DNA of 64,000 nt from Bacteroidota bacterium (GTDB taxonomy: Bacteria; Bacteroidota; Bacteroidia; AKYH767-A; OLB10). The translations under genes and the position numbers were made by a program. Within the stretch, counting starts at the first letter, position 1. Each line of letters starts with the position of its first letter. Below are positions 50,751 to 59,366 of this stretch, one piece after another. The stretch lies in the NCBI GenBank assembly GCA_029547265.1, contig JAKPPP010000195.1, positions 795 to 64,794 on the forward strand. Direction: 5' to 3'. The notes under the pieces were generated by a model. That model saw only the letters and a program-made list of their open reading frames with translations, ran no database searches and had not been told where the DNA came from.

Positions 50751-50878
50751 TTTTGGATTTTGGATTTATCTCCAATTAGTTTGTGGTTATAATTTAGAGA
50801 TTAAAGTAGAACACGGATACGCCCCGTTGGGACTAAAAGGATTCTTGCGCTGAAGGTGTCTTGCGTGTGACAGCTTCT

Positions 50879-50898
50879 GTCAGTCAGTCAGTCAGTCA
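50879..50898. repeat. (GTCA)5 microsatellite
   Basis: Five perfect tandem tetramers immediately after the stop codon of the DUF2279 gene. Confidence 0.9.
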
Positions 50899-50900
50899 TT

Positions 50901-51845
50901 CTAGAAAAACACCGGATAACCTTTTAATTCCCCGTCTTGGCTAAGGCGGAGTGCAGGTGCCGGAACTTTTATGAATCCGAATACTTTCTTGAGTGCATTT
51001 ACTGCGCCCCATTTTGTTTTAATGCGCGTGATATCAATATCAGGGCTTAAATAAAAAAATCGTTGACGATAGAAATTCGGTACTGCCTTGCCGTTATATT
51101 CGCTTAAATTCGTTTCAGCTCCCACCATCCCCTCTGCGCCTATTCCAACAGCCATGTTCAACCAGGAAGGAAACTTAGATTCTTTATTTAAAAACGATTT
51201 AATATTGGCAGACAACCAATACGTTTGTCCGTTGTAATCTTTCAATAATTTCTCTTGAAAATTCGAGCCTAATAAATTCGGATTGTATTGCGGATACTTC
51301 GTATCGTGATAAGTGATTTTATAGGTAATCCTTTGCTCTTTCCACATCAATTCTTGAGAGAGATATAATCCGGCTCCAAGGGTATTGGCAGTGATATCGC
51401 CCACCGAGAATCCCCATTGTTTGCTAAAGCCATCCATGATCTCAATCGACAATTGAAATCCGTAGCCAACAGCAGTTCCAATTATTGCTGCTTTTTTATC
51501 CTTCACTCCCGACCATTTCAAAACATCCCCGCTCCATCTCGAAATATAATATGCAGAGCCAACATGTCCGAGTTTATCCATTTGCATCCACTCTTTCGTG
51601 TCGTTAAAGAAGTGAAACGATGATTGCGGATAGTTTTTATACCACAAGCTATACAAGCCATACATCCCACCTGTATAAGCTACCGCCGATGTTACAATAA
51701 TTACACTTCCTCTCTTCGGATGATAAACATCGGCCTTGTCCCAGAACTTTAATGTATCCGTTTGGGCGTAGGCGGAGGGTATAAAAAAGAGAATCACCGC
51801 CACGATGGCAGTGATTCTCACAGTGTATTTATAAATAGCGTGCAT
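50901..51845 (-). CDS. DUF2279 (YfiM-like) protein
   Basis: FHFFND..EW.QMDKLGH, IEIMDGFS..WGFS.GDI.AN, DYNGQTYWLS, PSWLN.AVG. Confidence 0.85.
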   Translation of the reverse strand: MHAIYKYTVRITAIVAVILFFIPSAYAQTDTLKFWDKADVYHPKRGSVIIVTSAVAYTGGMYGLYSLWYKNYPQSSFHFFNDTKEWMQMDKLGHVGSAYYISRWSGDVLKWSGVKDKKAAIIGTAVGYGFQLSIEIMDGFSKQWGFSVGDITANTLGAGLYLSQELMWKEQRITYKITYHDTKYPQYNPNLLGSNFQEKLLKDYNGQTYWLSANIKSFLNKESKFPSWLNMAVGIGAEGMVGAETNLSEYNGKAVPNFYRQRFFYLSPDIDITRIKTKWGAVNALKKVFGFIKVPAPALRLSQDGELKGYPVFF

Positions 51846-51858
51846 CAGTGCTACGCTT

Positions 51859-53265
51859 TTAGTTCAATAAATCAGCCTTTGCCGCATTTAAGATATCAAA
51901 CGCAGCTTCTTTTGTACTCGACTCGGCATAGGTACGAAGTACAGGTTCAGTTCCTGAAGCTCGGATCATTAACCAATCACCGTTTTCGAAGAAATATTTG
52001 TATCCATCTAAATCTTCTGTACGAGCAATTTTATATTTACCGAAGTGAGTATATTTTCCTCCGATACAGTTTTGAAGAATACGTTGTTTTACTTCTTCTT
52101 TCAAATGTAAATCGTTACGCTCGAATGAGAATGGTCCAACAATTTCATACACTTCATTGATAAGATCATCAAGTGTTTTTCCACTCTTCGCCATGAATTC
52201 CCAAATGGTTAACCCCATCCAGATTCCGTCGCGCTCAGGGATATGGCCTTTAATAGCAATACCGCCCGACTCTTCACCACCTAATAATACATCTTCTTTA
52301 ATCATGATTTCAGCAATGTATTTGAATCCGATTTTCACCGTTTCAATTTCGATGCCGTAGAATTTACAAAGCTTCTCTACTTTAGGAGTTGTTGAGAATG
52401 CAGTACAAACTTTCCCTGTTTGTCCTTTGTATTTATGTAGATAGTGAATCAATAATAAAATGATGTGGTGCGAATCCACAAAATTTCCTTTTCCATCATA
52501 GAATCCGATACGGTCAGCATCTCCATCAGTTACTAATCCCGAATCAATATTTCCGGCATTCTTAATTAAGTTGCTGAACTCAGTTAAGTTCTTATGAATC
52601 GGCTCAGGAGCTTGGCCCATGAACGAAGGATTATAATCGCAGTGAAGCATAGTGATTTCAGGAAGTAAACGCTTGATTACGTTTTGTCCTGCTCCATACA
52701 TTGCATCGTAAGCTAATTTTAATCCTGAGTTACGGATAGCATCTAAATCGAAATTCGCTTTTACATGATCGCAATACATCGTTTCAAGATCGATGCCGTC
52801 TAACATACCGCTTTTCTCGAATTGCTCGATATCCATTGCAGCATGATTTACCGTGCATTTCTCAGGAATCAAATCTTCGATTTCTGCTACGTGCGATGGT
52901 AACAAAGGACCACCATAATGGCCTTTTAATTTAAATCCGTTATACTCCGGAGGATTATGACTTGCGGTAATAATAATACCTAAATCTTTCTTTAATCGAA
53001 CAGCACCTAAGCTGATCATAGGAGTTGATACAAAACCTTTCGACATCGACACTTTCACGCCCATCGAACACATCACCTTAGCGATTGTATCGCAAAACAA
53101 TGCTCCGGCAAAGCGGCAGTCGTGACCTAAAACGATTGTAGGGTTAGGTTTGCTTTGTAGTAACCATTTCGCAGTTCCTTCTGCTACTCGGGCAACATTT
53201 TCAACAGTAAAATCCTGTGCAATGATAGCTCTCCAGCCATCTGTTCCAAATTTAATCTTTGTCAT
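51859..53265 (-). CDS. Phosphoglucomutase/phosphomannomutase
   Basis: FGTDGWR, TASHNP, DGDADR, GEESGG, RASGTEP. Confidence 0.96.
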   Translation of the reverse strand: MTKIKFGTDGWRAIIAQDFTVENVARVAEGTAKWLLQSKPNPTIVLGHDCRFAGALFCDTIAKVMCSMGVKVSMSKGFVSTPMISLGAVRLKKDLGIIITASHNPPEYNGFKLKGHYGGPLLPSHVAEIEDLIPEKCTVNHAAMDIEQFEKSGMLDGIDLETMYCDHVKANFDLDAIRNSGLKLAYDAMYGAGQNVIKRLLPEITMLHCDYNPSFMGQAPEPIHKNLTEFSNLIKNAGNIDSGLVTDGDADRIGFYDGKGNFVDSHHIILLLIHYLHKYKGQTGKVCTAFSTTPKVEKLCKFYGIEIETVKIGFKYIAEIMIKEDVLLGGEESGGIAIKGHIPERDGIWMGLTIWEFMAKSGKTLDDLINEVYEIVGPFSFERNDLHLKEEVKQRILQNCIGGKYTHFGKYKIARTEDLDGYKYFFENGDWLMIRASGTEPVLRTYAESSTKEAAFDILNAAKADLLN

Positions 53266-53336
53266 CTTAATGTGGTATTGGGGGGTAATTGGAGGGTTAT
53301 ACGGAAAACTTAAATTTTGGTTGCTATTTATAAATT

Positions 53337-53413
53337 GATGATAGATATTAGATGATAGATGTTAGATGTTAGATGTTCGTCTATTGTCTATTGCCTATCG
53401 TCTATTGCCTATT
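53337..53413. repeat. Two abutting heptamer tandem arrays
   Basis: 6 x GATGWTA-like (53337-53378) then 5 x GYCTATY (53379-53413). Confidence 0.85.
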
Positions 53414-53416
53414 TCA

Positions 53417-54514
53417 TCAATAGTATTTCACGAAATCGTTAATTTTATTCCAATCATACGTCTGAAGAGCTTTCTGATAAATAAACGATTGTGATCTCAC
53501 TACTTCTTGGTTGTTAATGCTAAGGATATTGAAAGCAAAGTCCTTCCCTCTGATATACTCAATCCAATTTCTGTCTTCTACCATCACTTCCATTTTCATC
53601 ATGTCCTTATAAAGGATTTCGTTCAACGGAGTATCGTTTATATAGATCGTTATTCCTGAAGGGTCGTAGCCGACAGAATTATTTACTTTCTTCCACAACT
53701 CACTCACTTGAATTCGCGTTATCTTCCATTTTCCTTTTTGAAGATGTGTCTGGATTTTATCTCCTCCAAGGTTAAAGAGTTGCTCTTCGTTTTCGTAAAG
53801 ATATTTAGTTATTGCATTTACCAGCTTCCTCGAACTATCGGCTTTTGCACCGGTCAATGTTGATGCAAAGTCCAACGACCAAACAACCATTTTCTGTGGA
53901 ATTTCAGTAGCACTGAATGATGTTGTGTTGAACTTATTGGTCCCGATAAAGTCGTCTTTTATCTTTTTTGAATCGGAGGCATTATCGATAACTTTTCCCG
54001 CAAACTGAAGGATCTTATAATTGTAGTTCTTCGAGTAAATATAGTTCGCCAAGTTGGCATTGTAGTTCCCGTTAGCATTGGTATTTATACGATAACGTAG
54101 ACATACATCTTGAAGATCGTTATAATCTACGTAACCATAAGCTACTTCTTCGCCGTTGGCTGATTTATTCGAGAATAAAAATCCTTGAGTAGCACTTTTT
54201 AAATCGCGGTTGCTATTGGTCCATGTTTCATAAATAAACACTACTTCTTGATTCACAAACTGAGTCGCCGACGACTTTTCTATTGCTTGTAAACTCGACG
54301 GAAAAATTTGAATCTCCTTCGCCGGTGAATCCCATAATTTAGCTTTTCCGTTAACAATGGCTTCATAGGAAATCCGTGTTAACTCTTTTACAAAATTACA
54401 TCCGGTACTATCTTCTTGCTCCGATGCCGTTGCTCGCAGGATTACAGGAATTTGCGCTTCGGCAATTCCGCAAATCAAACAATTTAGCAGTATGAAAACT
54501 AAAATTCTACGCAT
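53417..54514 (-). CDS. Exported hypothetical protein, possibly a tandem GldN/PorN-like fold
   Basis: Signal peptide; two internally similar halves (I.E.W...G...Y.D...Y/F.I). Confidence 0.6.
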   Translation of the reverse strand: MRRILVFILLNCLICGIAEAQIPVILRATASEQEDSTGCNFVKELTRISYEAIVNGKAKLWDSPAKEIQIFPSSLQAIEKSSATQFVNQEVVFIYETWTNSNRDLKSATQGFLFSNKSANGEEVAYGYVDYNDLQDVCLRYRINTNANGNYNANLANYIYSKNYNYKILQFAGKVIDNASDSKKIKDDFIGTNKFNTTSFSATEIPQKMVVWSLDFASTLTGAKADSSRKLVNAITKYLYENEEQLFNLGGDKIQTHLQKGKWKITRIQVSELWKKVNNSVGYDPSGITIYINDTPLNEILYKDMMKMEVMVEDRNWIEYIRGKDFAFNILSINNQEVVRSQSFIYQKALQTYDWNKINDFVKYY

Positions 54515-54555
54515 TCTTATGTAACGGGTGGTTTCCCCAAATCTAACTATAAATT

Positions 54556-54960
54556 TTAGAACAATGTAGCTCCGCCTTTTCTACGAAACACCAGCTTTAA
54601 TGCCGACCACGTATCATCAACGGATGCCACTTTCACATCCACTAACCCCAAAGGTAGTGCCACTTTTCTTATCATGTCTTCGTTAACATCAGTTTTAGCA
54701 TACTTATCTTTTTTCTGCCAACTTACCCATACCATTCCCCAAGGCGATACGCTGTAAACGCTTTCTTTCAATAAGGTCTCTAACTCTTCTTTGTTGTTAA
54801 CGTAAAGATGAATCAAATCAAATCTTCCCGCACTCAATGAAGGATATTCTTTTTGCATGCCTACCGTTCCGCCCAACACGGTAAAATAATCGTCGGGAGG
54901 ATTAACTACAGCAGCCACTGTTTCATTGGTGAGTCCGAGTTTTTCGTATAGTTGTTTCAT
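54556..54960 (-). CDS. DUF3052-like protein
   Basis: L.EKLG, G..WVSW.KK, LGLVDVKVASVD.TWSALK. Confidence 0.85.
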   Translation of the reverse strand: MKQLYEKLGLTNETVAAVVNPPDDYFTVLGGTVGMQKEYPSLSAGRFDLIHLYVNNKEELETLLKESVYSVSPWGMVWVSWQKKDKYAKTDVNEDMIRKVALPLGLVDVKVASVDDTWSALKLVFRRKGGATLF

Positions 54961-55556
54961 GACTTTTTAGTGGTCATCCAGGTTTTATAAATATCTTGTT
55001 GCTGGGGACGATCAGCAGGCACTTCTCGCAATGGCTCACATTCTTTTAATGTTGCATATAACTCCGATGGTAATTGCTGGTACAGCTCTGTCCCTCGTGT
55101 CTTCCATGCAATCATTTCATCCGTCATGGTTTTGATAATCTTCGCAGGATTACCAACCGCAATGCTCCTCTCAGGAATTTGCATTCCCTCCGGTACAAAT
55201 GCCAAGGCACCGATAATTGAATTTTCTCCCACCTCCACTCTATCCATCACAACAGCATTCATTCCCACCAGCACATTTTTTCCGATGATGGCTCCATGTA
55301 TAATAGCTCCATGTCCGATATGTGCACTCTCTTTTAAATGAACGGTTTGTCCGGGGAACATATGCAACGTACAATTCTCTTGTACATTACATCCATCTTC
55401 AATAATAATAGCGCCCCAATCACCGCGAAGCGCCGCGCCCGGTCCTATATACACATCCTTGCCGATAATTACATTACCTGTAACTGCAGCTTGGGGATGA
55501 ACAAAAGCACTGGGATGAACTACGGGTATATAACCGTTGAATTCATATATTGCCAT
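54957..55556 (-). CDS. Gamma-carbonic-anhydrase-like hexapeptide protein (PaaY/CaiE-like)
   Basis: YEFNG..PVVHPSAFVHP, LRGDWG, NVQENC.LH, IGHGAIIHG. Confidence 0.88.
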   Translation of the reverse strand: MAIYEFNGYIPVVHPSAFVHPQAAVTGNVIIGKDVYIGPGAALRGDWGAIIIEDGCNVQENCTLHMFPGQTVHLKESAHIGHGAIIHGAIIGKNVLVGMNAVVMDRVEVGENSIIGALAFVPEGMQIPERSIAVGNPAKIIKTMTDEMIAWKTRGTELYQQLPSELYATLKECEPLREVPADRPQQQDIYKTWMTTKKS

Positions 55557-55572
55557 AACGGTGATGTATATA

Positions 55573-57207
55573 CTAAGTTTGAATTACGCCAACATTATAT
55601 GGCTTTTCGATGGGTGCATGGTTCGACATTTCTATTCCCATTGATATCCACTTTCGTGTTTCCAACGGATCAATAATGGCGTCGATCCATAATCGCGATG
55701 CCGCGTAATATGGCGATGTTTGGCTGTTATATCGATCGGTGATGGTCTTCAACAATTCTTTCTCTTCTGCCTCGGTAATTTCTTTCCCTTGGGCTTTGAG
55801 TGTCGATGTTTGTATTTGCAATAATGTTTTCGCTGCTGACGCCCCACTCATTACCGCCAACTGAGCATTGGGCCATGAAGCGATCAAGCGAGGATCATAC
55901 GCTTTTCCGCACATGGCATAGTTTCCTGCACCATACGAATTACCGACAATCAACGTGAACTTCGGAACAACGGAGTTAGCCATGGCATTTACCATTTTAG
56001 CTCCGTCTTTAATAATTCCTCCATGCTCTGAGCGTGAGCCAACCATGAAACCTGTAACGTCTTGTAAAAACACCAAAGGAATTTTACGTTGATTACAGTT
56101 CATAATGAAGCGAGCCGATTTATCTGCGCTATCGCTGTAGATAACTCCTCCGAACTGCATCTCTCCTTTCTTGCTCTTCACCACTTTACGTTGGTTCGCC
56201 ACAATTCCTACTGCCCATCCGTCGATACGAGCATATCCGCAAATGATGGATTGTCCGTACTTTTCTTTATACTCATCGAACTCGCTATTATCTACTAAAC
56301 GATAAATAATCTCGTGCATGTCGAATTGCTTATCACGAGCATCCGGTAATATTCCGTAGATTTCTTTCTCATCTAACTTCGGTGCTGCAGGCGTTCCTCT
56401 ATCGAATCCCGCATCCGGCAGTCGTCCGATTTTATCCATCACTCTACGGATGTAATCGAGACATGATTTATCATCAGGGAATTTATTGTCGGTCACTCCC
56501 GATATTTCACATTGCGTTGTTGCGCCTCCTAAAGTCTCATTGTCGACATCTTCGCCGATAGCTGATTTTACGAGATATGATCCTGCTAAAAATACCGACC
56601 CTGTTTTATCAACGATCATCGCTTCATCGCTCATAATCGGAAGGTAAGCACCTCCTGCTACGCACGATCCCATGATAGCTGCAATCTGGATAATTCCCAT
56701 ACTGCTCATCACGGCATTATTACGGAACATTCTTCCGAAGTGCTCTTTATCAGGGAAAATCTCGTCTTGCATCGGCAAATACACACCGGCACTGTCAACG
56801 AGATAAATGATAGGTAGTTTATTTTCGAGAGAGATCTCTTGCGCACGCAAGTTCTTCTTTGCTGTCATAGGAAACCAAGCACCGGCTTTCACGGTAGCAT
56901 CGTTAGCAACAACAATACATTGTCGTCCCGATACATATCCGATCATCACCACTACTCCTGCTGAGGGACATCCGCCTTGCTCTTCGTACATGCCGTCGGC
57001 AGCAAAAGCACCGATTTCTATCCTCGGACTATCCTTATCGAGAAGGTAATCAATACGCTCACGAGCCAGTAATTTTCCTTTCTCATGTTGCTTAGCGGCA
57101 TTTTTCTTGCCTCCGCCTTCAGCCACCTTCGCCAATCGCATACGCATATTGCTGATCAGCGTTTTATTGTAATCTTCGTTCTTGTTGAACTCTATATTTT
57201 CTGCCAT
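55573..57207 (-). CDS. Acyl-CoA carboxylase carboxyltransferase beta subunit (methylcrotonyl/propionyl-CoA type)
   Basis: GKLLARERI, NDATVKAG, DSAG..LP.Q, GSCVAGGAY, QDVTGFMVG, SYGAGNY; TATCTTTG at 57247-57240 supports ATG 57207. Confidence 0.95.
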   Translation of the reverse strand: MAENIEFNKNEDYNKTLISNMRMRLAKVAEGGGKKNAAKQHEKGKLLARERIDYLLDKDSPRIEIGAFAADGMYEEQGGCPSAGVVVMIGYVSGRQCIVVANDATVKAGAWFPMTAKKNLRAQEISLENKLPIIYLVDSAGVYLPMQDEIFPDKEHFGRMFRNNAVMSSMGIIQIAAIMGSCVAGGAYLPIMSDEAMIVDKTGSVFLAGSYLVKSAIGEDVDNETLGGATTQCEISGVTDNKFPDDKSCLDYIRRVMDKIGRLPDAGFDRGTPAAPKLDEKEIYGILPDARDKQFDMHEIIYRLVDNSEFDEYKEKYGQSIICGYARIDGWAVGIVANQRKVVKSKKGEMQFGGVIYSDSADKSARFIMNCNQRKIPLVFLQDVTGFMVGSRSEHGGIIKDGAKMVNAMANSVVPKFTLIVGNSYGAGNYAMCGKAYDPRLIASWPNAQLAVMSGASAAKTLLQIQTSTLKAQGKEITEAEEKELLKTITDRYNSQTSPYYAASRLWIDAIIDPLETRKWISMGIEMSNHAPIEKPYNVGVIQT

Positions 57208-57253
57208 AAAGCCTGGAACTACCTGTTTTAATAAGTCCGCAAAGATAGCCGTT

Positions 57254-58006
57254 CTAACGTAAGACCGACAACAATTCATCACGTCTTTGCATCACATGAT
57301 CATAGCCCATTTGATAAATCGTTCGGGCTTTCTGATAATCGAATATTTTAACCGAAGACAGTCCTTCCGGCTCAAGGTAAATATTACACATTTTACGACG
57401 GTGTTCGGCATTACTGTAAACACCTAATTCGAAGGATCTCTCGATCACCGACCATGTAGTTGACGGAGGAGGAATAACACCTACATGATTCACATGCATT
57501 CCTATGATTTTCAGGGCACTGCCCTCAAATGGCTCTACAGGTAAGTTGTTCATTACACCACCATCGACCAAGAATTTTCCTTCATAAGAAATAGGCTTAA
57601 ATAATCCGGGGATAGAGGCTGATGCCAACACCGGCTTGATCAATTCACCTGAATTAAACCAAACAATATTTCCGGTTAGAATGTCGGTAGCATTGATAGT
57701 TAAAGGCATCTTAAGAGCGCTAAAATCAGCAGGAAGAGCCGACCTAAAAAAGACTTCTATTTTATCCATGTTTAGAAGCCCTTTATTGAACGCCCCTCCA
57801 ACCATTTTAAAGAAATTATTCTTGATGAATAGTTCTAATATCTCTTCCGGTACATATCCCGCTGCTAAAAATGCTCCCGCCATAGCTCCGGCGCTGGTCC
57901 CACTTATCGCTACCGGCTCAAATCCTAATTCAATTAAGGCTTTTACCATTCCCGGATGAGCGAATCCACGAGCTCCGCCACCCGACAAAACAAGGTTTAC
58001 TTGCAT
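57254..58006 (-). CDS. Patatin-like phospholipase
   Basis: LSGGGARG, GTSAG, DGG motifs. Confidence 0.93.
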   Translation of the reverse strand: MQVNLVLSGGGARGFAHPGMVKALIELGFEPVAISGTSAGAMAGAFLAAGYVPEEILELFIKNNFFKMVGGAFNKGLLNMDKIEVFFRSALPADFSALKMPLTINATDILTGNIVWFNSGELIKPVLASASIPGLFKPISYEGKFLVDGGVMNNLPVEPFEGSALKIIGMHVNHVGVIPPPSTTWSVIERSFELGVYSNAEHRRKMCNIYLEPEGLSSVKIFDYQKARTIYQMGYDHVMQRRDELLSVLR

Positions 58007-58061
58007 AAAAAATATTTTCGTAAAAATACTTTATTCAGTCCGATTAAAATAAATTTGAGCC

Positions 58062-58790
58062 ATGAAGAAAATAGTTTTTGCATTGATATGTCTCATATCG
58101 ATTTCGGCTTGCCAAAACAATAATGTCAAATCGACTGAAGTAGTAAATAGTGATACCGTAAAAGTTGATAATCCTGAGGAACGTCCGGAGCCGGGATTAA
58201 CGGGATTTTGGAAAGGGAAAGTAGACTTTACGGGAGGCGTTAGTCAATTCATTCAACTTCATTTATATACCGATAGCACCTATGTGCGAACGCAAATGAA
58301 CTCATCCACGGGATCGAAAAAATTCTATGAAATAGGATGCTGGAAAGTATTGTCGGACACGCTATTGATGCTCGACGGATCGGGATTGAGTGAGCAATAT
58401 ATGGCGATTAAACCGGGAATAACACTTTCGTATCGCGATCGAAATGGATTAATACCATCTAACTTAACATCTGAATTTTTCGAGAAGAAAATAGAGGTTG
58501 AAGAAGAATTACCCGGCGACTACAAATTTGAAGGATTAATCAGCTATGATAAAAAAAGTGCGAAATTCTATTTCTGCATTGCTCAACGCCGATTAGAAAT
58601 TGCTAAAACGAGTAATTACAGTTCGCTAATTGAGAACTTGAAATCGCACGGTGTTAAAGAAGGTCAAGAAACTTGGGTGCAAGTAACGGGGCATCTCGAC
58701 AATCGCGTTGCTGAGACGGAAAATGCACCTGTTCAGAAGTTTTATCCCGTGCGTATATTAAAACTCGACAGCAGCAAAACTTGTCAATAA
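58062..58790 (+). CDS. NlpE-like lipoprotein
   Basis: Lipobox ISAC; G.W.G...L.L..D.TY...E.G.W N-domain and F..C...V.V.GH OB-like C-domain. Confidence 0.55.
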   Translation: MKKIVFALICLISISACQNNNVKSTEVVNSDTVKVDNPEERPEPGLTGFWKGKVDFTGGVSQFIQLHLYTDSTYVRTQMNSSTGSKKFYEIGCWKVLSDTLLMLDGSGLSEQYMAIKPGITLSYRDRNGLIPSNLTSEFFEKKIEVEEELPGDYKFEGLISYDKKSAKFYFCIAQRRLEIAKTSNYSSLIENLKSHGVKEGQETWVQVTGHLDNRVAETENAPVQKFYPVRILKLDSSKTCQ

Positions 58791-58794
58791 TCTA

Positions 58795-59151
58795 TTAATC
58801 TTCGATTGACAATTCCACCATCGGATCCCAAAAAACTTTAGCGAAATTCACCACTTTATCGTTCTCCACTTTCACTCCATCTTTCAGCAGTAATTTTTCC
58901 ATTTCGTCGGAAGGACCAAAATGATGTTTACCCGTGAGTAATCCGTTTCTATTCACCACACGTTGAGCAGGCACTTTTGGCTTCACATTGTGAGCACCGT
59001 TCATGGCCCAACCAACCATTCTTGAAGAACCTTTGGCGCCCAAGTAAGCAGCAATGGCACCATAAGACGTAACGCGACCTTTGGGAATCAAGCGAACGAC
59101 GGCATAAACATCCTCGAAAAAGTTGAATAATTTGGGGTTAGTCGTCGACAT
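58795..59151 (-). CDS. MGMT family alkyltransferase-like (ATL/YbaZ-type) protein
   Basis: VY.VVR.IP.GRVTSYG.IA, R.VG.A, PAQRVVN (no active-site Cys). Confidence 0.88.
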   Translation of the reverse strand: MSTTNPKLFNFFEDVYAVVRLIPKGRVTSYGAIAAYLGAKGSSRMVGWAMNGAHNVKPKVPAQRVVNRNGLLTGKHHFGPSDEMEKLLLKDGVKVENDKVVNFAKVFWDPMVELSIED

Positions 59152-59366
59152 AAATGCAATTATAGAACAAAATAGCAGAACTGCCAAGATTGACTTTGCA
59201 GGGTAATTTTCGAATAAATCCGACTTTGTTCGAGTGAAATCAGGAATACAGTGCAGAAAAAATCAGAAAAAAACCAAAATCATACAAAAAATGTAATGAA
59301 ATCACCCAATTTACTCCACCTATATTGCCCGAAGCCGACTATATTTGCAACTCTTCGAAAAAATCT

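Noticed and set aside
53337..53413. CRISPR array
   Set aside because: Units are 7 bp with no unique spacers, and no cas genes are in the window.
59188..59366. T-box or long leader upstream of thrS
   Set aside because: No T-box motif or terminator is visible, and a -7 element lies only 19 nt before the ATG.
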